Positions 39,830 through 53,967 are shown, counted from the whole stretch's first letter. The stretch: DNA of 61,281 bases, filler included, from Ginglymostoma cirratum (GCA_024137785.1; 3 parts of 3 records of this genome joined end to end with filler, not necessarily neighbours in it), one strand, 5' to 3'. Numbers and translations: made by a program. Notes: a model not told the origin generated them from the letters alone.

Positions 39830-40560
39830 AGATGGTTAGGCCACAGCTGGAACACTGTGTGCAGTTTTGGTCACCGCACTATGGGAAGGATGTGATCCTA
39901 GTCAAGAGGATGCAGAGGACATTTACCAGGATCACCTGTGTTAAACAGTCTGAATTATAAGGAAAGTTTGGATAGGCTGGAGTTGTGAAGGTTGAGAGAG
40001 GATCTGATAGTCATGTGTCAGATTGTGAGGGGCATTGGTAGGGTGGATAGGAAGGCACTTGTTCCATTAGTAGAGGGGTCAATAATTGAGGTGGGAGGGT
40101 GTTGATTTAAGCTGAAAGATATAAGGATCAGGGGATGTTTGAGGAGAAATTTTTTCAACCAGAGGGTGGTGGAAGTTGGAACTCACTGCCAAAAAGGATG
40201 GTCAAGTCAGAAATATGAGAAACCTTAGGGTAGAATTTAGATATCTCCTTGCAATGCCATAATCTTGAGGGTTACAGGTTGAATGGATTCTTCCAGTGAG
40301 TAAGTGTATGAGGTTGATGGAGGTGTTCAAAATCATGATTGTCTAACTGTGCCGAGAGAGAGAGAAAGAAAAACTGTTCCCATTGGTGAAAGGATTGACA
40401 ACTAGAAGACATGAATTGGAAGTGAAAGGCAGAAGAGTCAAAGGTGACAGGAAGATATATCTTCAGTTAATCAGCGAGTGTTTTGGAACTGAGAGAATGG
40501 GAGAAGCAAGTTCAAAACTGGCTTCAAAGCACCTGAAGAGGATACGTTAGGAGAAACAGA
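39830..40560 (+). mobile_element. CR1 LINE fragments
   Basis: VRPQLEHCVQFWSPHYGKDV and FFNQRVVE motifs. Confidence 0.7.
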
Positions 40561-41449
40561 TGGAGTCCTGAGCCTGGCTGAGTTGCGTTTTGCAAAGCAC
40601 CAATTGAGATGATTCTGTTGTCAAATACTCGATGCTTCCCTGTTTGTAGCTGAGCTTTGTGGGGAAACGTGATCTTAATGCTTCAGTGCAGCACTTTTTC
40701 AAATGCATTTTCAAAGCTTCAGCAGGGTACCTTTGAAAGTTGGGAATCTACCTTGCAATTTTCTATTTGCTTGTGCAAATGAAGTCACCTCGGACTAACA
40801 GGCATCGAAATTCCCAGGTAAAAAAAGAAATTTGCTGCTGCTGTTAGATTAGTCCTCAGCATTGAGAATTTCTAATTTCACACTCACTATGAAAAATCCA
40901 GAAAAAAACAGTGTGAAAAATCATGTCACACAGTGAAGTGCTCTTCTAATATACCTGACTCTATTAACCAATTCTTTCCATTCCATTGCCTGAGATCTAA
41001 CTCTATAAAGCCTGTGAAGTATTTTTATTTCCAGTTTAAGGTTGTCACAGCAGCATTTCATTGCTATTGTTATGAGCATGTATTTACCCTAACGTGTTTT
41101 ATACGGTAATTCAATGATACAGCACATTGGTGATAGAGTGTGCTGTAGGGACTGATATTCTCACTGGCGATTCTGAGGGTCCTTTAGACAGGCACTCGGC
41201 ACTAAATTGTTTCACTTACTGTCAGCAACAGGTCAATCACCTAAATTAGAATATAGCTCCTATTATTCAAATCTTCAACATGTGTTCCACAATATGCAGA
41301 TTATTCAAACTAATTTATTTAAATGGAGAAAAAAAAGTCAACTTTGTTATCTTGCAACAGTAACTATCCCAGTGAAAGTTCTCCATTGGTTTTGAAGCAT
41401 TTTGGGTGACAAATTCCATGACATAAATACAAATCTTAATTAACTTGAA

Positions 41450-41752
41450 ATAACTAGGTGTGAAGCTGGAGGAACACAGCAGGCCAGGCAGCGTCAGAGG
41501 AGCAGGAGACTTGACATTTTGGGTCCGGACCCTTCTTCAGAAATGGGGGAGGGGAAGGTCCGTCTCCTCTCCATTTATCTGCTCCTTTATCCACTTTCCA
41601 TCTGCCTCCCCCTTCCGCCTCCACCATTTCTGAAGAAGGGTCCAGACCCAAAATGTCAACTTTCCTGCTCCTCTGATGCTGCCTGGCCTGCTGTGCTCCT
41701 TCATCTTCACACATTGTTATCTCAGACTCCAGCATCAGCAGTTCCTACTACC
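41450..41752. mobile_element. Fold-back insertion of the same family with about 100-bp inverted arms
   Basis: Arms at about 41457-41560 and 41605-41712 are reverse complements; TSD TCTTAAT(T/A)..CTTGAA (41434-41449 / 41753-41768, one mismatch). Confidence 0.75.
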
Positions 41753-43223
41753 TCTTAATTTACTTGAAGACGACCTGTTCAGGATTATTCCTGTTTGAGC
41801 TGACCAGTTTGCTGGGGAAATGAAGAGTTCCCTTTGGTTGATGGAGGAATGTAACTTGACTTCCCTCTAATAACAAGGTGTAAAGCTGGATGAACACTGC
41901 AGGCCAAGCAGCATCAGACGAGCAGAAGCCTCTTCCCTCTAATAACTGCTGATTTTTACCCAGGGGTAATATGATATAATAAAGTCTCTCCTGCGATATG
42001 AAAGCTCATTTGGAATTCTAAGGATTCTTCATTTAACCTTTTGATCATACAATTTTGGTGGTGAAGACTTGATGGGCCGAAGGGTGTCTTCCATACTGCA
42101 TGATTCCATGAATGTATGCATCACCCTGACTGGCCTACCACACCATTTGTGTTACCTTTCAGATTTTCCCCACTTAAGTAAAATCCTTTTTATTTCTGGT
42201 CATTAGCAAGCTTGCTGCGTGTTCTGGCACTTTCCTCATAGCTCAGTGGCGCAAGTTCAGAGCCGTCGCAGGAAGACATGACAGATGCTTTCTCTCTGAT
42301 GGCCATTTAGTGCTCACAAGACAAATAAGGTTGCTTATCCTCCAAGGAAAGATGTTGACAGCACACAACACTAACTAGCTTGAACTTGGAAACCTGCTGT
42401 GGAAAAGCCACAGTGACAGAGTGTATGAGAGGTGGAAATGGTCAGCCTGTTGAGGAGGAAGGCAATTCTGGGACGAGAGTTAATTGGCATTTCCGGGACT
42501 ATGAAGAAGAGAGACTTGTGTGGCAAATGATAATGCTTGACCAAGCCGTGGACACAGATTAACAAAGCTTGAACTTCCCCAAGTGTCATCTATCAATCTA
42601 ATGACTGCACTTTAAACAATGAATTGGATTCATGCAGATTCACTGTAGCTCTCCATAGGAAGGAACTAATTCAAAATGATAAGACATTGCAGATCTGTGT
42701 TTGAACTCTGACCAATGGCGATTGTGTTTGAAAACATTTTAAAATGTCATAGGTGTTGTTGATTGGATTTTTAATGTTAATGGTTTTGTTTTATTCACTT
42801 GTGGGATGGGGGGCTTCACTAACCGGTGAAGAATTTTTTGCCTGTCCCCAATTACCCTTGAGAATGTGGTGGTGAGCTGCCTTACTGAACTGCTGCACTC
42901 TATTTTGTAGGTGGACCCACAATGCTGACTTCTCATCACATTCATGAAGTTTTAATGAGTTTATACAAAATGCCTTGATCTGTTTTCTGGGCATAGGTCA
43001 CAATAACAGACAAGTTATTTTACAGAATGGTAGAGTCGTACAACACTCAAACAGCCTTTGGATCCAACATCAATCTTAAAGAGATCTCCAATGAGACACA
43101 TTCCCCTTACCCCATACTAACCCTATCACTCCAGTTCTATTACCTGCTACCAATCTACTGCCTTTTCACCATGACCCTGCAAACCATTTTGATCCAAATA
43201 ACCATCCATTCCCCACTTGAATG

Positions 43224-43475
43224 GGATTCCTGGCATTGGTAGGCCTGGACCCTGGACTCCTGGCAGTGGTAGGCCTGGAGTCTGGACTACTGGCAGCAGC
43301 AGGCCCTGAGCCTGGACTCCTGGCAGTGGTAGGGTCGGAGCCTGGACTCGGCAGCAGTAGGCTCGGATCCTGGACTCCTGGCAGTGGTAGTGTCAGAGCC
43401 TGGACTCCTGGCAGCAGTAGGCCTGGAGCCTGGACTCCTGGCAGCAGTAGGCCTGGAGCCTGAACTCTTGGCAGT
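43224..43475. repeat. 30-bp minisatellite, about 8 copies
   Basis: Unit ggactcctggcagtggtaggcctggagcct repeated with variants. Confidence 0.9.
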
Positions 43476-44365
43476 GTCAGCGAGGTAGCAGCGCCAGGGC
43501 ATCAGTGTTGTCATTGCTGTTCTCAGAGCAGGTCTCTTTGTGGATTGGAGCACCTTGCAGAAACCTTGCAGAAGACCTGAAGCTGTAATTTCTTTCTATT
43601 CCTCTTGTGACTCAAAATGGTGCCGTATTGTGGCGTCAAAACACTTTTCACTTTCTCTTCAACATATATGTGACAAGAAAATCAGTCATTCAAAAATAAA
43701 TTAAACCTACCTCATCTCCAGGCAGTTCATTCCATATCCTAACTACATGCTGTGTGAATACATTTTTTAAAATCTCTTTACTTAATTTGCACATCACCTC
43801 AAACAGCAACTTGCAAAAGTGCTGTACCTCATATCTCTCTAATTCTTCTAGTAATTGCTCATTGGTAACCAGCATTCTGATGAATAGATTCTCTCCGCAC
43901 AGACCTCTGAAGTCCATGCCCAGCGATGATTTCTGAAACTGGAAGTTAACACGCGTGCTGTGTCAGTGCACCGATTACCATGGACAGAATGTTGTCGTAT
44001 CTGCACGTGTACCTCACAGGGAATATTGTTGGTGCAACTCCCAGCAGTGGAAGCAATTTTTCCTTATTTAGTCCATCAAAATCTAACATAATTTTGAACA
44101 GTCTAACAACCAAGAGAAGAGAGAAGAGTCAACTCCTTTCTTTTTAAGCCCCCTCGGTTGACTGCAACAAAGATTTTACATTAATTTTAGCGCGCAGCTA
44201 CCCTTCACTCCATAATTTAATTAGTTCTACCACAAACAAATGATGAGCCAATTGCAAGGTGTTCTGGAGTAAAACAAACAACACTTTTATTACTTTTTTA
44301 AAAATTCAATCAAAGAATGTGGGTGTCTCTGGCTGGGCCAGTGTTAATTGCCCATAGCTAATTGT

Positions 44366-44715
44366 GGGCGACATGGTGGCTCAGTGGTTAGCACTGCTGC
44401 CTTACAGCACCAGGGACCCGGGTTTGATCCCACCCTCAGGCGGACTGTCTGTGTGGAGTTTGACACATTCTCCCTGTGTCTGTGTGGGTTTCTAGTTTCC
44501 TCTCACAGTCCAAAGATGTGCAGGTTAGGTGAATTGGCCAATACTAAATTGTCCACAGTATATCAAGAGATGTGTAGGCTAGGTAGATTAGCCATGGGAA
44601 ATACAGGATTACAGGGGTGGGGGTAGGGATGTGGCTCTGGGTGGGATGCTGGTCCCTGTGGACCTGATGGGCTGAATGGCCTGCTTCCACACTAGGGATT
44701 CTGTGGTTCTATGAT
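44366..44715 (+). mobile_element. HE1-like SINE
   Basis: gggcgacatggtggctcagtggttagcactgctgcc plus family core. Confidence 0.85.
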
Positions 44716-46439
44716 TTTCCCAGAAGTGTTGTTAAGAGTCAACATTGCTGGAGTCACATGAAAGTCAGACCAGGTAAGGACAACAGATTTCCTTCCCTAA
44801 AAGGACGTGAGTGAACCAGATGGGTTTTCTAACAATTGACAATGGAAATAGCTATCATTAAACTCTTAATTCCAGATCTTTATTGCATTCAAATTCCACC
44901 ATCTGTCATGGTAAGATTCAAATGCTGAGTGTCCAGAACATTACCTCGGTCACTGGATTATTGGACCAACAAAAATGCCATCAGACTATTGCTTCCCCTC
45001 GAATGTTGAACAAATTCTGATGAGCCCTGAGAAAAATAATTAAGACACAATATCAAAAACATGCCCAGGCACAGTTTCAAAGTTTAAAATCAGGAGAATG
45101 TTCAGTAAAAAAATTCAGGTGAAAAGAAATGCTGTGTAAAAGTCCTCACAGTGTTCTTGAGCTGTTGGACGTTAATGTAAGATAACAGTTGTTTAGTGCT
45201 GTATAGTTAGGCTGAGAGGAAGAGGAAGTGAGGGATTAAACCCTTCTCCAATTCCATTTATAAATCTGTATTTCTCTCTGTTCCTCTGCGAAGGAAGCTG
45301 CTTGCAATAGTGTTTATTCATGTATTCCTTTATCTGTTGCGTCCATTGTGTTCCTAATTGACTCTTTCTTGGCCACGTGAGAAACAAATCCATAAAGTTG
45401 TATGTCTGGCAGGACATACAGCTCTGAGGTTCCGATGTCTTTGAAAATGTTAGGTTTGGCAAAGCCGGTCCTTGTTAATCTCACATTGTTTTCACAAAGC
45501 TGGACTAACCTATGATCACCTGATTGATGTGGGCATTTTACCTCAGTGTATTTTTTTCCTTTTTCTAACCATTTTAGTCCACGCAGGTCCAAGGTATTAG
45601 AATTATATGATGAGAGTCAAAAATTTACAACCAATGTTGTAACAACGATGCTTTTAATTCTTACATGTACTAAAATTGTGGTTTGAAAGTAGACAGGGAT
45701 GTTCTAAAATCAGTGTTTTAAAAGGTTTGCTGCATGTTTTCGAAAGCAAGTAACCTGGCACTCGTACTGTAAATAACTGTTTGAATGAAGAGTAGTCGGG
45801 GTAACTGCAGATGTCCAAGAGCTGAGGAGTTCTCAATCCAGGTGCAGCTGGGCAGCAACAAGGATTTGATTTAATTTGATTTGATTTATTGTAGTCACAT
45901 GTACCAAAGTACAGTGAAAAGTTTCGTTTTGTAAGCAGTATAGGCAGACCATAACAAACAAGGACATAAGGATTATAGGGTGCTTAGACAGAGCGAGGCA
46001 TACAAGGTTATGACTGTACGAGAGGTGCAAAAACACATCAATATTGGGGTTGATGCTAGAGGGGTGCATTCAGCAGTCTAATAACAGCAGGGAGGGAAGA
46101 AGCTGTTCTTGAACCTGTTGGTGCATGTGTCCAAGCTTCTGTATCTTCTGCTTGAGGGAAAAGGTTGGAAGAGAAGTTGATTGATCTACGGGCTGGTGAC
46201 CAGTTATTGATGAAAAAAGCCTTTACCTGCCAACAACAATGTGATTGGCTGTTTGGTGATTGAACAGCATCTAGCTGATAACAAGTTACAGAGAAGGGAC
46301 TTGATCTCCTCCAGCTCTGGAGTTGAATCTCCGTTCACTGCAGTCAAACTATAAACCTGACGAAAATCCTTCATCAGTTGCTGTAAGCTGTGATTTTTAA
46401 TTGATAAGTCAGAGACCTTTAATAAGCGAACCAGTCATC

Positions 46440-46890
46440 TTGTGTATAATGTAGACAAATGTGAAGTTATCAACTCTAGTAGCAAAAACGGGAAGGTGGA
46501 TTATTATTTGGATGGTGACAGATTGGAAAAGGGCGTGATGCAATGGGTGCCCTCGCACAAATCGCTAAAAATAAATGTGGAGGTGCAGCAGGCGGTGAAG
46601 ATGGCCAATTGTATGTTGGCTCATATTGTGAGAGAATTCAAGTAGGGGAGCAGAGATGTTTTGCTGCAATTGTACCAGAGCCATAAGACCACATTTGGAG
46701 TATCGTGCGCAGTTTTGTTCTCCTTATCTGAGGAAGGATGTTCTAGCGATGGAGGGAATGCAACAAAAGTTTCCCAGACTGATTTCTGGGATCACAGGAC
46801 TGACATATGAAGAGACTGGATCATTTTGGACTATGTTCACTGGAGAAGCTGAGGGGGGATCCATAGAAACCTATAAAATCTTACAGTGGT
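46440..46890 (+). mobile_element. CR1 LINE fragment
   Basis: YNVDKCEVI...RPHLEYRAQFCSPYLRKDVLAMEGMQQKF. Confidence 0.8.
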
Positions 46891-47048
46891 GAAACCGTGG
46901 AATTCTAATAGAATTTGAGCACTCATCTCCACACACAGAGCAAGGTTCGTCACCAATTTTGCTTGATGTCTCTCTTTCCATCACGATATTGGAGGTTTGG
47001 GTCCAGGGAGCAAACAGACTGGATCAAATGTTTATTTGAACACCACTC

Positions 47049-47501
47049 TTAACTGCATTGGATCACATCTAGTGAGTGAACAGTCAGTGTGGCTGAAGAG
47101 GTCTCCTCCCCCAGTGCATTCATCACCTTGCATGTATAATACCCCGAATCCAACTGAGTGACATTCATAATTATTAGTGAGTAGCTCCCATCCTCTTGGT
47201 AGTCGATCTGGAAGTGTGAAGACTCTGTGATTGGATCCTCATTTTTATACCAAATCACTTCAGGGTCAGGGTAACCTTCAATACGACACTGCAGACAGGA
47301 TGCATTGCCTTCCAGTTCCTCCAAGTCCTTCAAAGTTTTACTGAAAAATGGTTTCCTCTGAATTTGCTCATCCAGGGAGGAGAGCGCCTCCTGTTGGTGA
47401 GTTGGGCTCTATACATTTTTGTCTTGAGAAGTGGGTGTAGATTCTGCATTGTCTGGTATGTTCAATGGCAAGGCTAGTCTCTTGAGGGCAAGAAGTGCCT
47501 T
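47049..47501 (-). pseudogene. Intronless MYLK(5)-like C-terminal retrocopy (CaM-binding segment + telokin-like I-set Ig domain)
   Basis: A single frame reads KALLALKRLAL...KNV*SPTHQQEALSSLDEQIQRKPFFSKTLKDLEELEGNASCLQCRIEGYPDPEVIWYKNEDPITESSHFQIDYQEDGSYSL...YTCKVMNALGEETSSATLTV. In-frame TAG at 47411-47409; AATAAA at 47036-47031. Confidence 0.75.
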
Positions 47502-48119
47502 TCTCTACCTTTCTCTTTCTCTTTCTCTACTTTCTCTACCAAAGTAAGTAATTGAGGCCAAAACATTAGACAGAGTGAGGCATACAAGGTTACCACTGCA
47601 CAAATGCAATGTCAACATTAGGGTTGAAGTTAGAGAGGTGCATTCAACAGTCTAATAACAGCAAGAAAGCAGCATCCCAGTGTGTTGATATTATGGCCTT
47701 AAGAGGTGAACTTTGTCCTTTCCTTCGATGAGGAAATGTTGAGACAGAGGTGTTGAGCCGTCTGCTGCAGAGCCAACAAAATAAACAGATTGTGAGGTTT
47801 TCTTTTTAAAGTTGGAACAATAGAAGCAGCCTGAATGCATGAGGTCAATCTCCCACAGAACCAAGATTTTTAGTTTAGTTTTCTGCCGTTGCTGGGGTAT
47901 TGCAGCTGGATGTGGAAGCTCTTATTCCTCTCTGTGTTCCAACTAAAAGCTGGCGGTCTCTTCCTGCTGGTTTCAGCACCTATCTATTCTACTCTGTGAG
48001 GATTCCTGGCCTGGTCTAATTGGAATGATTTCTGCTCCTGATTTTTGTCCAGAGGCCTCCTCAAGGCTAAATGGGTATTGACTTGCCCGACCAGGGTCGG
48101 AAATAGTGTTTATAACTCT

Positions 48120-49520
48120 GATTGTAAGACAGAGTCCCAGATGTTTACAGCATAGAAGGAGGCCATTTCACCAACTGTGCCCACAACAATCAACAAATGT
48201 CTGACTAGACTGATCCCATTTACCGACTCTTGGCTTAATCTCTGGAGGCAATGGCATTGCGAGATACTGCTTGTATTTTTTAAGTACTCGAGCCTCAATC
48301 TCCTTTTGAGGCAGTGAATTACAGACCCCCACAACCTTCTCAGCGAAAGACAATGTCTCCTCAACTCTTCTGTTAACCTTTTATCTCTTCTCTTAAATCC
48401 ATAATCCCTGGCTATTAAGCCCTCTAATAATGGAAAAAGTGCCTTTCTATGCACCTTGCGTCAGTCAAAATTTTATACACCTCAATGTGGCTCAGTGGTT
48501 AGCACTACAAAATCACAGTCCTGGGGATCCACATTTGACCCCAGCTTCAGGTGACTGTGCGAAGTTTGTACATTCTCCCTGTGTCCATGTGGGTTTTCTC
48601 CGGGTGCTCTTCGTTTCCTCTCACAGTCCAAAGATGTGCAAGTTAGGTGGATTTGTCATGCTAATTTACCCCTAGTGGCCATGGAAGTGGAGGCTAGGTG
48701 GGTTAGCTATAGGAAATGCAGGGTTACAGGGATAGGGTAAAGGGTGGGCCTGGGCAGGATGCTTTTAGGAGGGTTGGTGTGACTTGCTGGGCAGAATGGC
48801 CTGTTTTCACACTGAAGGGATTCCTTGATTCATCTCGATGAGGCTCACTCTCAACCTTCCCTGCTTCAAAGAAAACAAACCTACTGATCCAATCTTTCCT
48901 CAGAGCTTAAATCCTCCAGCCCAGGCAGCATCCTGGTAAACATCCTCTGCACCGTCTCTAGTGAAATCGCATCCTTCCTGTAAAGTGATGATCAGAACTG
49001 CACACAGTAGTCTAGTTGTGGACAAATCAGTATTTTATTTACAGTTTCAACATAACCTCCATGCTCTTGTATTCTATGTATCAGCTAATAAAGGCAATTA
49101 TCCCACGTGTCCCCTTAACAAGTTTATCTACCCACCTTGCAACCTTCAGGGATCTATGGATATGCACACCAGGATCACTCTGATCTTCAGTGCATTTCAG
49201 GATCCTACCATCCATGGTGTAACCCCTTGCATTTTTAGCTGACCCCAACTGCATTACCTCACATTTTTGTGGTTTGAATTCCATTTGTCATCGCTCTGCA
49301 CTTCTGACCGATTCATTGATATCCGGCAGTTTACAGCTATCCTCCTTATTATTTATCACCCGACCAATTTTTGTGATCATCACTCCTAGACTTAAATCCC
49401 AAATTGTTAATTCACACCATCACCATCAAGTGCCCCACCAATGACGCCTGAAAAGCCACACTACAAACAGACTTCTATTCACAGAAACATCAGTCTGTCA
49501 TCACACTGCTTCATGCCTCT
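48120..49520 (-). mobile_element. CR1 LINE fragment interrupted by a SINE
   Basis: MEFKPQKCEVMQLG...DQSDPGVHIHRSLKVARWVDKLVK. Confidence 0.8.
48486..48830 (+). mobile_element. HE1-like SINE nested in a CR1 fragment
   Basis: gtggctcagtggttagcact...cacagtccaaagatgtgcaagttaggtgg. Confidence 0.8.
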
Positions 49521-50026
49521 CAGACAAATTTGGATTGGTTCAATGTGAATTACTTAATGGAGTAAAGAAAAGGATTGCGTGATTGGAACTATTTTTCAGG
49601 AGCAAGTGTTTTGTAAGCACTTTAGGAAAGGTTGATTATTTAGCATTTCAAACACTGAAGTCTTAATTAGCTTAAAAGCTGAGGAGCTCAAGAAAAGGCC
49701 AAGTCAAAATACAAAGCAGAAACAAACTAATCAAAATCTGCAGGAATCGCTTCTGGTTTAGATGAAATGCCAACGTCTTGTTAAAATAATCAGGAGCATT
49801 TATTTCCAAAAACAATAAGATCATAAATTTTGGTCATGAATTCAATGTCATAAAATATCTTCTGGAGTACCTGCATGTAGTTCTGGTCATCCTGGTACGG
49901 GAAGGATATTAATAAGCTACAGAAGTTTAAAAAAGATTTAACAAAGTGTAGCCTGCGCACCCGAAACGTCAAGTTTTCCTGCTCCCATGATGCTGCTTGA
50001 CCTGCTGTGTTCATCCAGCCCCATGC

Positions 50027-50126
50027 NNNNNNNNNNNNNNNNNNNNNNNNNNNNNNNNNNNNNNNNNNNNTTAATTAATTAANNNNNNNNNNNNNNNNNN
50101 NNNNNNNNNNNNNNNNNNNNNNNNNN
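50027..50126. other. Artificial scaffold-join spacer
   Basis: Identical N44-TTAATTAATTAA-N44. Confidence 0.95.
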
Positions 50127-51574
50127 CCTCATCAAACCCAAATGCAACTGAGAAAATATAAACCAAACCAATTTCCCGAGGACATACATTACAACACAGC
50201 AAGAAAGTGGGGAACAGACAGTAACTGACCCCTTTCTCTCTTTTTGGGAATTTCACTGTTACTCGTTCCCCCTTTCTGTGAGTTACCATTTTTAGCATCC
50301 GTTGTCTGAGGATGTTATGGTTCCTGTCCCCCCGCTCTCTCTGGGTGGGGATGGGGGTGTCACACCCAGCTGGTTTGTTAGTTCCATTCCCTGCTTCCCT
50401 ATACTGAGTTGTGTATTAATGCCTGGCATAGCTCACCCTTCATCTCAATCAGATCACAGAGTCTAAGGTTGGTCAGTACTGTCTGGACCCAGAACAATAA
50501 CACTGACTGACTGGAGACAACCCAGATCAAGTCACAGTGAGACTGTTATTGACCTTCACACACAAAGCCCACCGAGGAGCTGATCATTTGTCTCCACGTT
50601 ACCATAGAGTCAGTTCTCCCAGAGATTCACAATTCATTCTGGATTTTAAACAAGGGAGAGATGTTGCGAGGAAACAGGCGGGAAGGTATGGAGAGGGAAA
50701 AAAAATCAGACAACTGTATTTCTGTTACACCATTCATGAGCTGAGGATGTTTGAAGATGTTTTACAGTCAATGAAATACTTCTGAAGTCTATGCATTGTT
50801 GTAATGTAAGAACTGTGACAGCCTGGACAAGGCAGATCATTTGGCAGCAGCACCACCCAGAGACTGAAGGCTGTTACTGCAGGCAGGCTCCAAACCAGTT
50901 CTGCTGTGAGGGAATGACACTGAAGGAGGACATGAGAAATAGGAGCAGGAGGAGGCCCCCAATGTCAGTCCATCCTTTCTTAAATACAGGGACCAAAATT
51001 GTACACAGTACTCCCAGTGCAGGCTCACTAACACCCTGTACAGTTAGAACAAGACTTCTCTATTTTTAAATTCCAGCTCCTGGCAATTAGCGCTAAAATT
51101 CCATTTGCTTTCTAACTTACTTGCTGCACCTGCACTAACTTTTTGAGTTTCATGCACAAGAACACCCGGATCCTTCTGCACTATATTTTGTTGGAATCTC
51201 TCCCTATTTAAATAATAGTCTACCTTTTTATTATTCCTACCACTCACACTTTCCTACATTAAACTTCATCTGTTGTGTATCAGTGTTTCATTTATAGTTT
51301 GGTCTTCTCTTTGTAATTGTCTGTCTCTGTGCATCTGCCTGTATTGTGTCCCATTCCTATTTGCTTCTAGCCCAGAGCCTTTATTGTCCAGGCCTTTCCT
51401 GCTGGTTCCATTCAATATTGAACTGCTTCCTTGAGACAATGTAACGCAGCATGTCACCGCCCTCCTACAACCAGGACCTTCTTTGTCGTCCTGGTTTGGC
51501 ACATTTGAGGCTCAGAGAGTTACTTCATGACTTGCTCACAGACCTTGTTACATGGAGAGCGGGGTGGAAACAGA

Positions 51575-51702
51575 GGGAGATCCAGGCTCCATGACTGGGA
51601 AGTGAGGGGGAGGCTCAGGCCCAGGCTCTGTGACTGGGGAGTGAGGGGGAGACCCAGGCCCAGGCTCCAGCTCCGTGACTGGGGAGTGAGGGGGAGACCC
51701 CT
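51575..51702. repeat. About 39-45-bp G-rich minisatellite, 3 copies
   Basis: ccaggctc..tgactggggagtgaggggga repeated. Confidence 0.75.
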
Positions 51703-51825
51703 GGATGATGGTGGATGGGGTGAGTGAGGACACCCTGGCTCTGAGCCTGTGACTGGAGACTTTGCAGCGTTCAGCAGGTTAATCTATTGCCCACTGGTTG
51801 AGTGAGTGGATCTGTGTGGGTTTGA

Positions 51826-52014
<189 letters not shown>

Positions 52015-52523
52015 TAGCACCTTTCACACCCTCCGGGTGTTTCAACCTGGTTGTCAGCCAATTTGGTCTTTTTGAAATGTCGCCACGATCGTAACATGGG
52101 AAAGGTGTGGAGTGTGAGGTGTGGGAAGCAAGTGACACTCAGCAAGTGGATATCTTCCCTGCTCTTCAAAATTTGTCCTAGGACAAGATTTCCATACATC
52201 TGTGAGGGCGGGTGGGGCTACAGGGTTAATGGCTCATGCAAAAGATAGTCCGTGTGATGACTGTGCAGCAATCCCCTCACTGCGTGCACTGCAGTGTCAG
52301 AGCTCAACACCATTCTCAAAACTCTGGCATGGGACTTGAACCTACAACATTGTGGTTGGGAGCAGAGAGCCCAGGCTGGTCATGCTGTATCCCCCAACAG
52401 AAAGGCCTGTGTTTGGTCAGTTATACTGCATAGTGTGCTCACTGACTGGGTGGCCAGGCACTGTGCAATTCAATGCAGTTCTATCTCAAGAGCAAGATGT
52501 GCTCCCCCTCCCCCAGCCCCTGA

Positions 52524-52751
<228 letters not shown>

Positions 52752-52754
52752 TAG

Positions 52755-52949
<195 letters not shown>

Positions 52950-53967
52950 TGACCTGCTGCATATTTCCTGGGAGGTGGACACTGAGCAGATTGTGTTGAA
53001 CTGAATGCTGTATCGGGTGGCTGGGTGTTTCAGGGTCTGAGTGTGGGGTTTGTCTCTCATTCCTTTCCTAATGTCAGTGGGGGGTGACCATCCTAGAGCA
53101 GCTGCACTCTGCTGGGGCACGGCTTCCTGGTAGATTCTGACAAGGAAAGCTGGAGAACCCGTGCTGTGGACCGATGTACCGCAGTCCATCTGCCAGCCCT
53201 GAGTGGATGGTACGGGGGAATAAGTAATGCAGCTTAATTTCTGGTGGTCCTGAGAATTCCTCCCTGTCTCTTCCTACCTGTTCCCTCACCATGCTGGATA
53301 CATTGGGATTTAAACTCTAAACTGAAGCCAAGAGGAAGAAGATTCTTAATGGGGGAATAACCTTCCTTGCAGCCAGGGCAAGCAGCAATTTCGAATGTAA
53401 ATGAATGAGATTTATGGGGCAGCGAAGATAGATATCTCTCTTTCCTGTTGACGTGGCCTGTTAAACTAGTTTGCTGTGGGTCAGTCTGTCTCACTGTGGC
53501 TCCTGGGACTTCTGATCTCAGTCCTTTGACTGATGACACACTCTGAGGTTTCATCTTCAGTTTAATCTTCATGTGGAGCTTTAAGACATTGGAGTTGAAA
53601 ATTCCCAGCCTACCTTAGCTGCTGTGACCGCAGTCCCTGCGGACTGCTCACTGCTAAAAGCCGCTTCTAAGCAAAGACGTTTTACTGTCACTTCCTCTTG
53701 ATGCCTGTACCTGTTGCATAGCACAAATCCCTCACTTATCACAATGACTTGTTGACCAGTGGCTCACTGGAAAGTATCAGCTGCTTTCTCCTAAGCTTCT
53801 CTCCCAGCCAGAGCTCCCTTTAGCAAGTGTCCTCTTGTCAAGTCCTACCCCCTGACTAACACACAGACCCTGGGCAAGTGTTCTGGTTTTATCCCCTTTC
53901 TGCAGACAGGCACAGACGGTTCTGGGTGTCCTGGTACATGAATCACAAAGTCTCAATGTAAATGATT

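Noticed and set aside
40929-40956. CACAGTG with a possible 12-spacer
   Set aside because: The nonamer position reads AATATACCT, a poor match, and there is no gene segment nearby.
42409-42447. CACAGTG heptamer as an RSS
   Set aside because: No nonamer at 12 or 23 spacing and no adjacent V, D or J coding sequence.
43224-43475. CRISPR-like array or repeat-protein ORF
   Set aside because: These are contiguous 30-bp tandem units without unique spacers, in vertebrate DNA; the ORFs are a by-product of the minisatellite.
45193-45840. Overlapping minus-strand ORFs as a gene
   Set aside because: No recognizable domain, stops in all frames and no convincing splice structure.
47049-47333. Ig-domain ORF as an immune receptor gene
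   Set aside because: It is an I-set telokin/MYLK-type domain (GYPDPEV..W, HFQIDY) with no RSS or leader.
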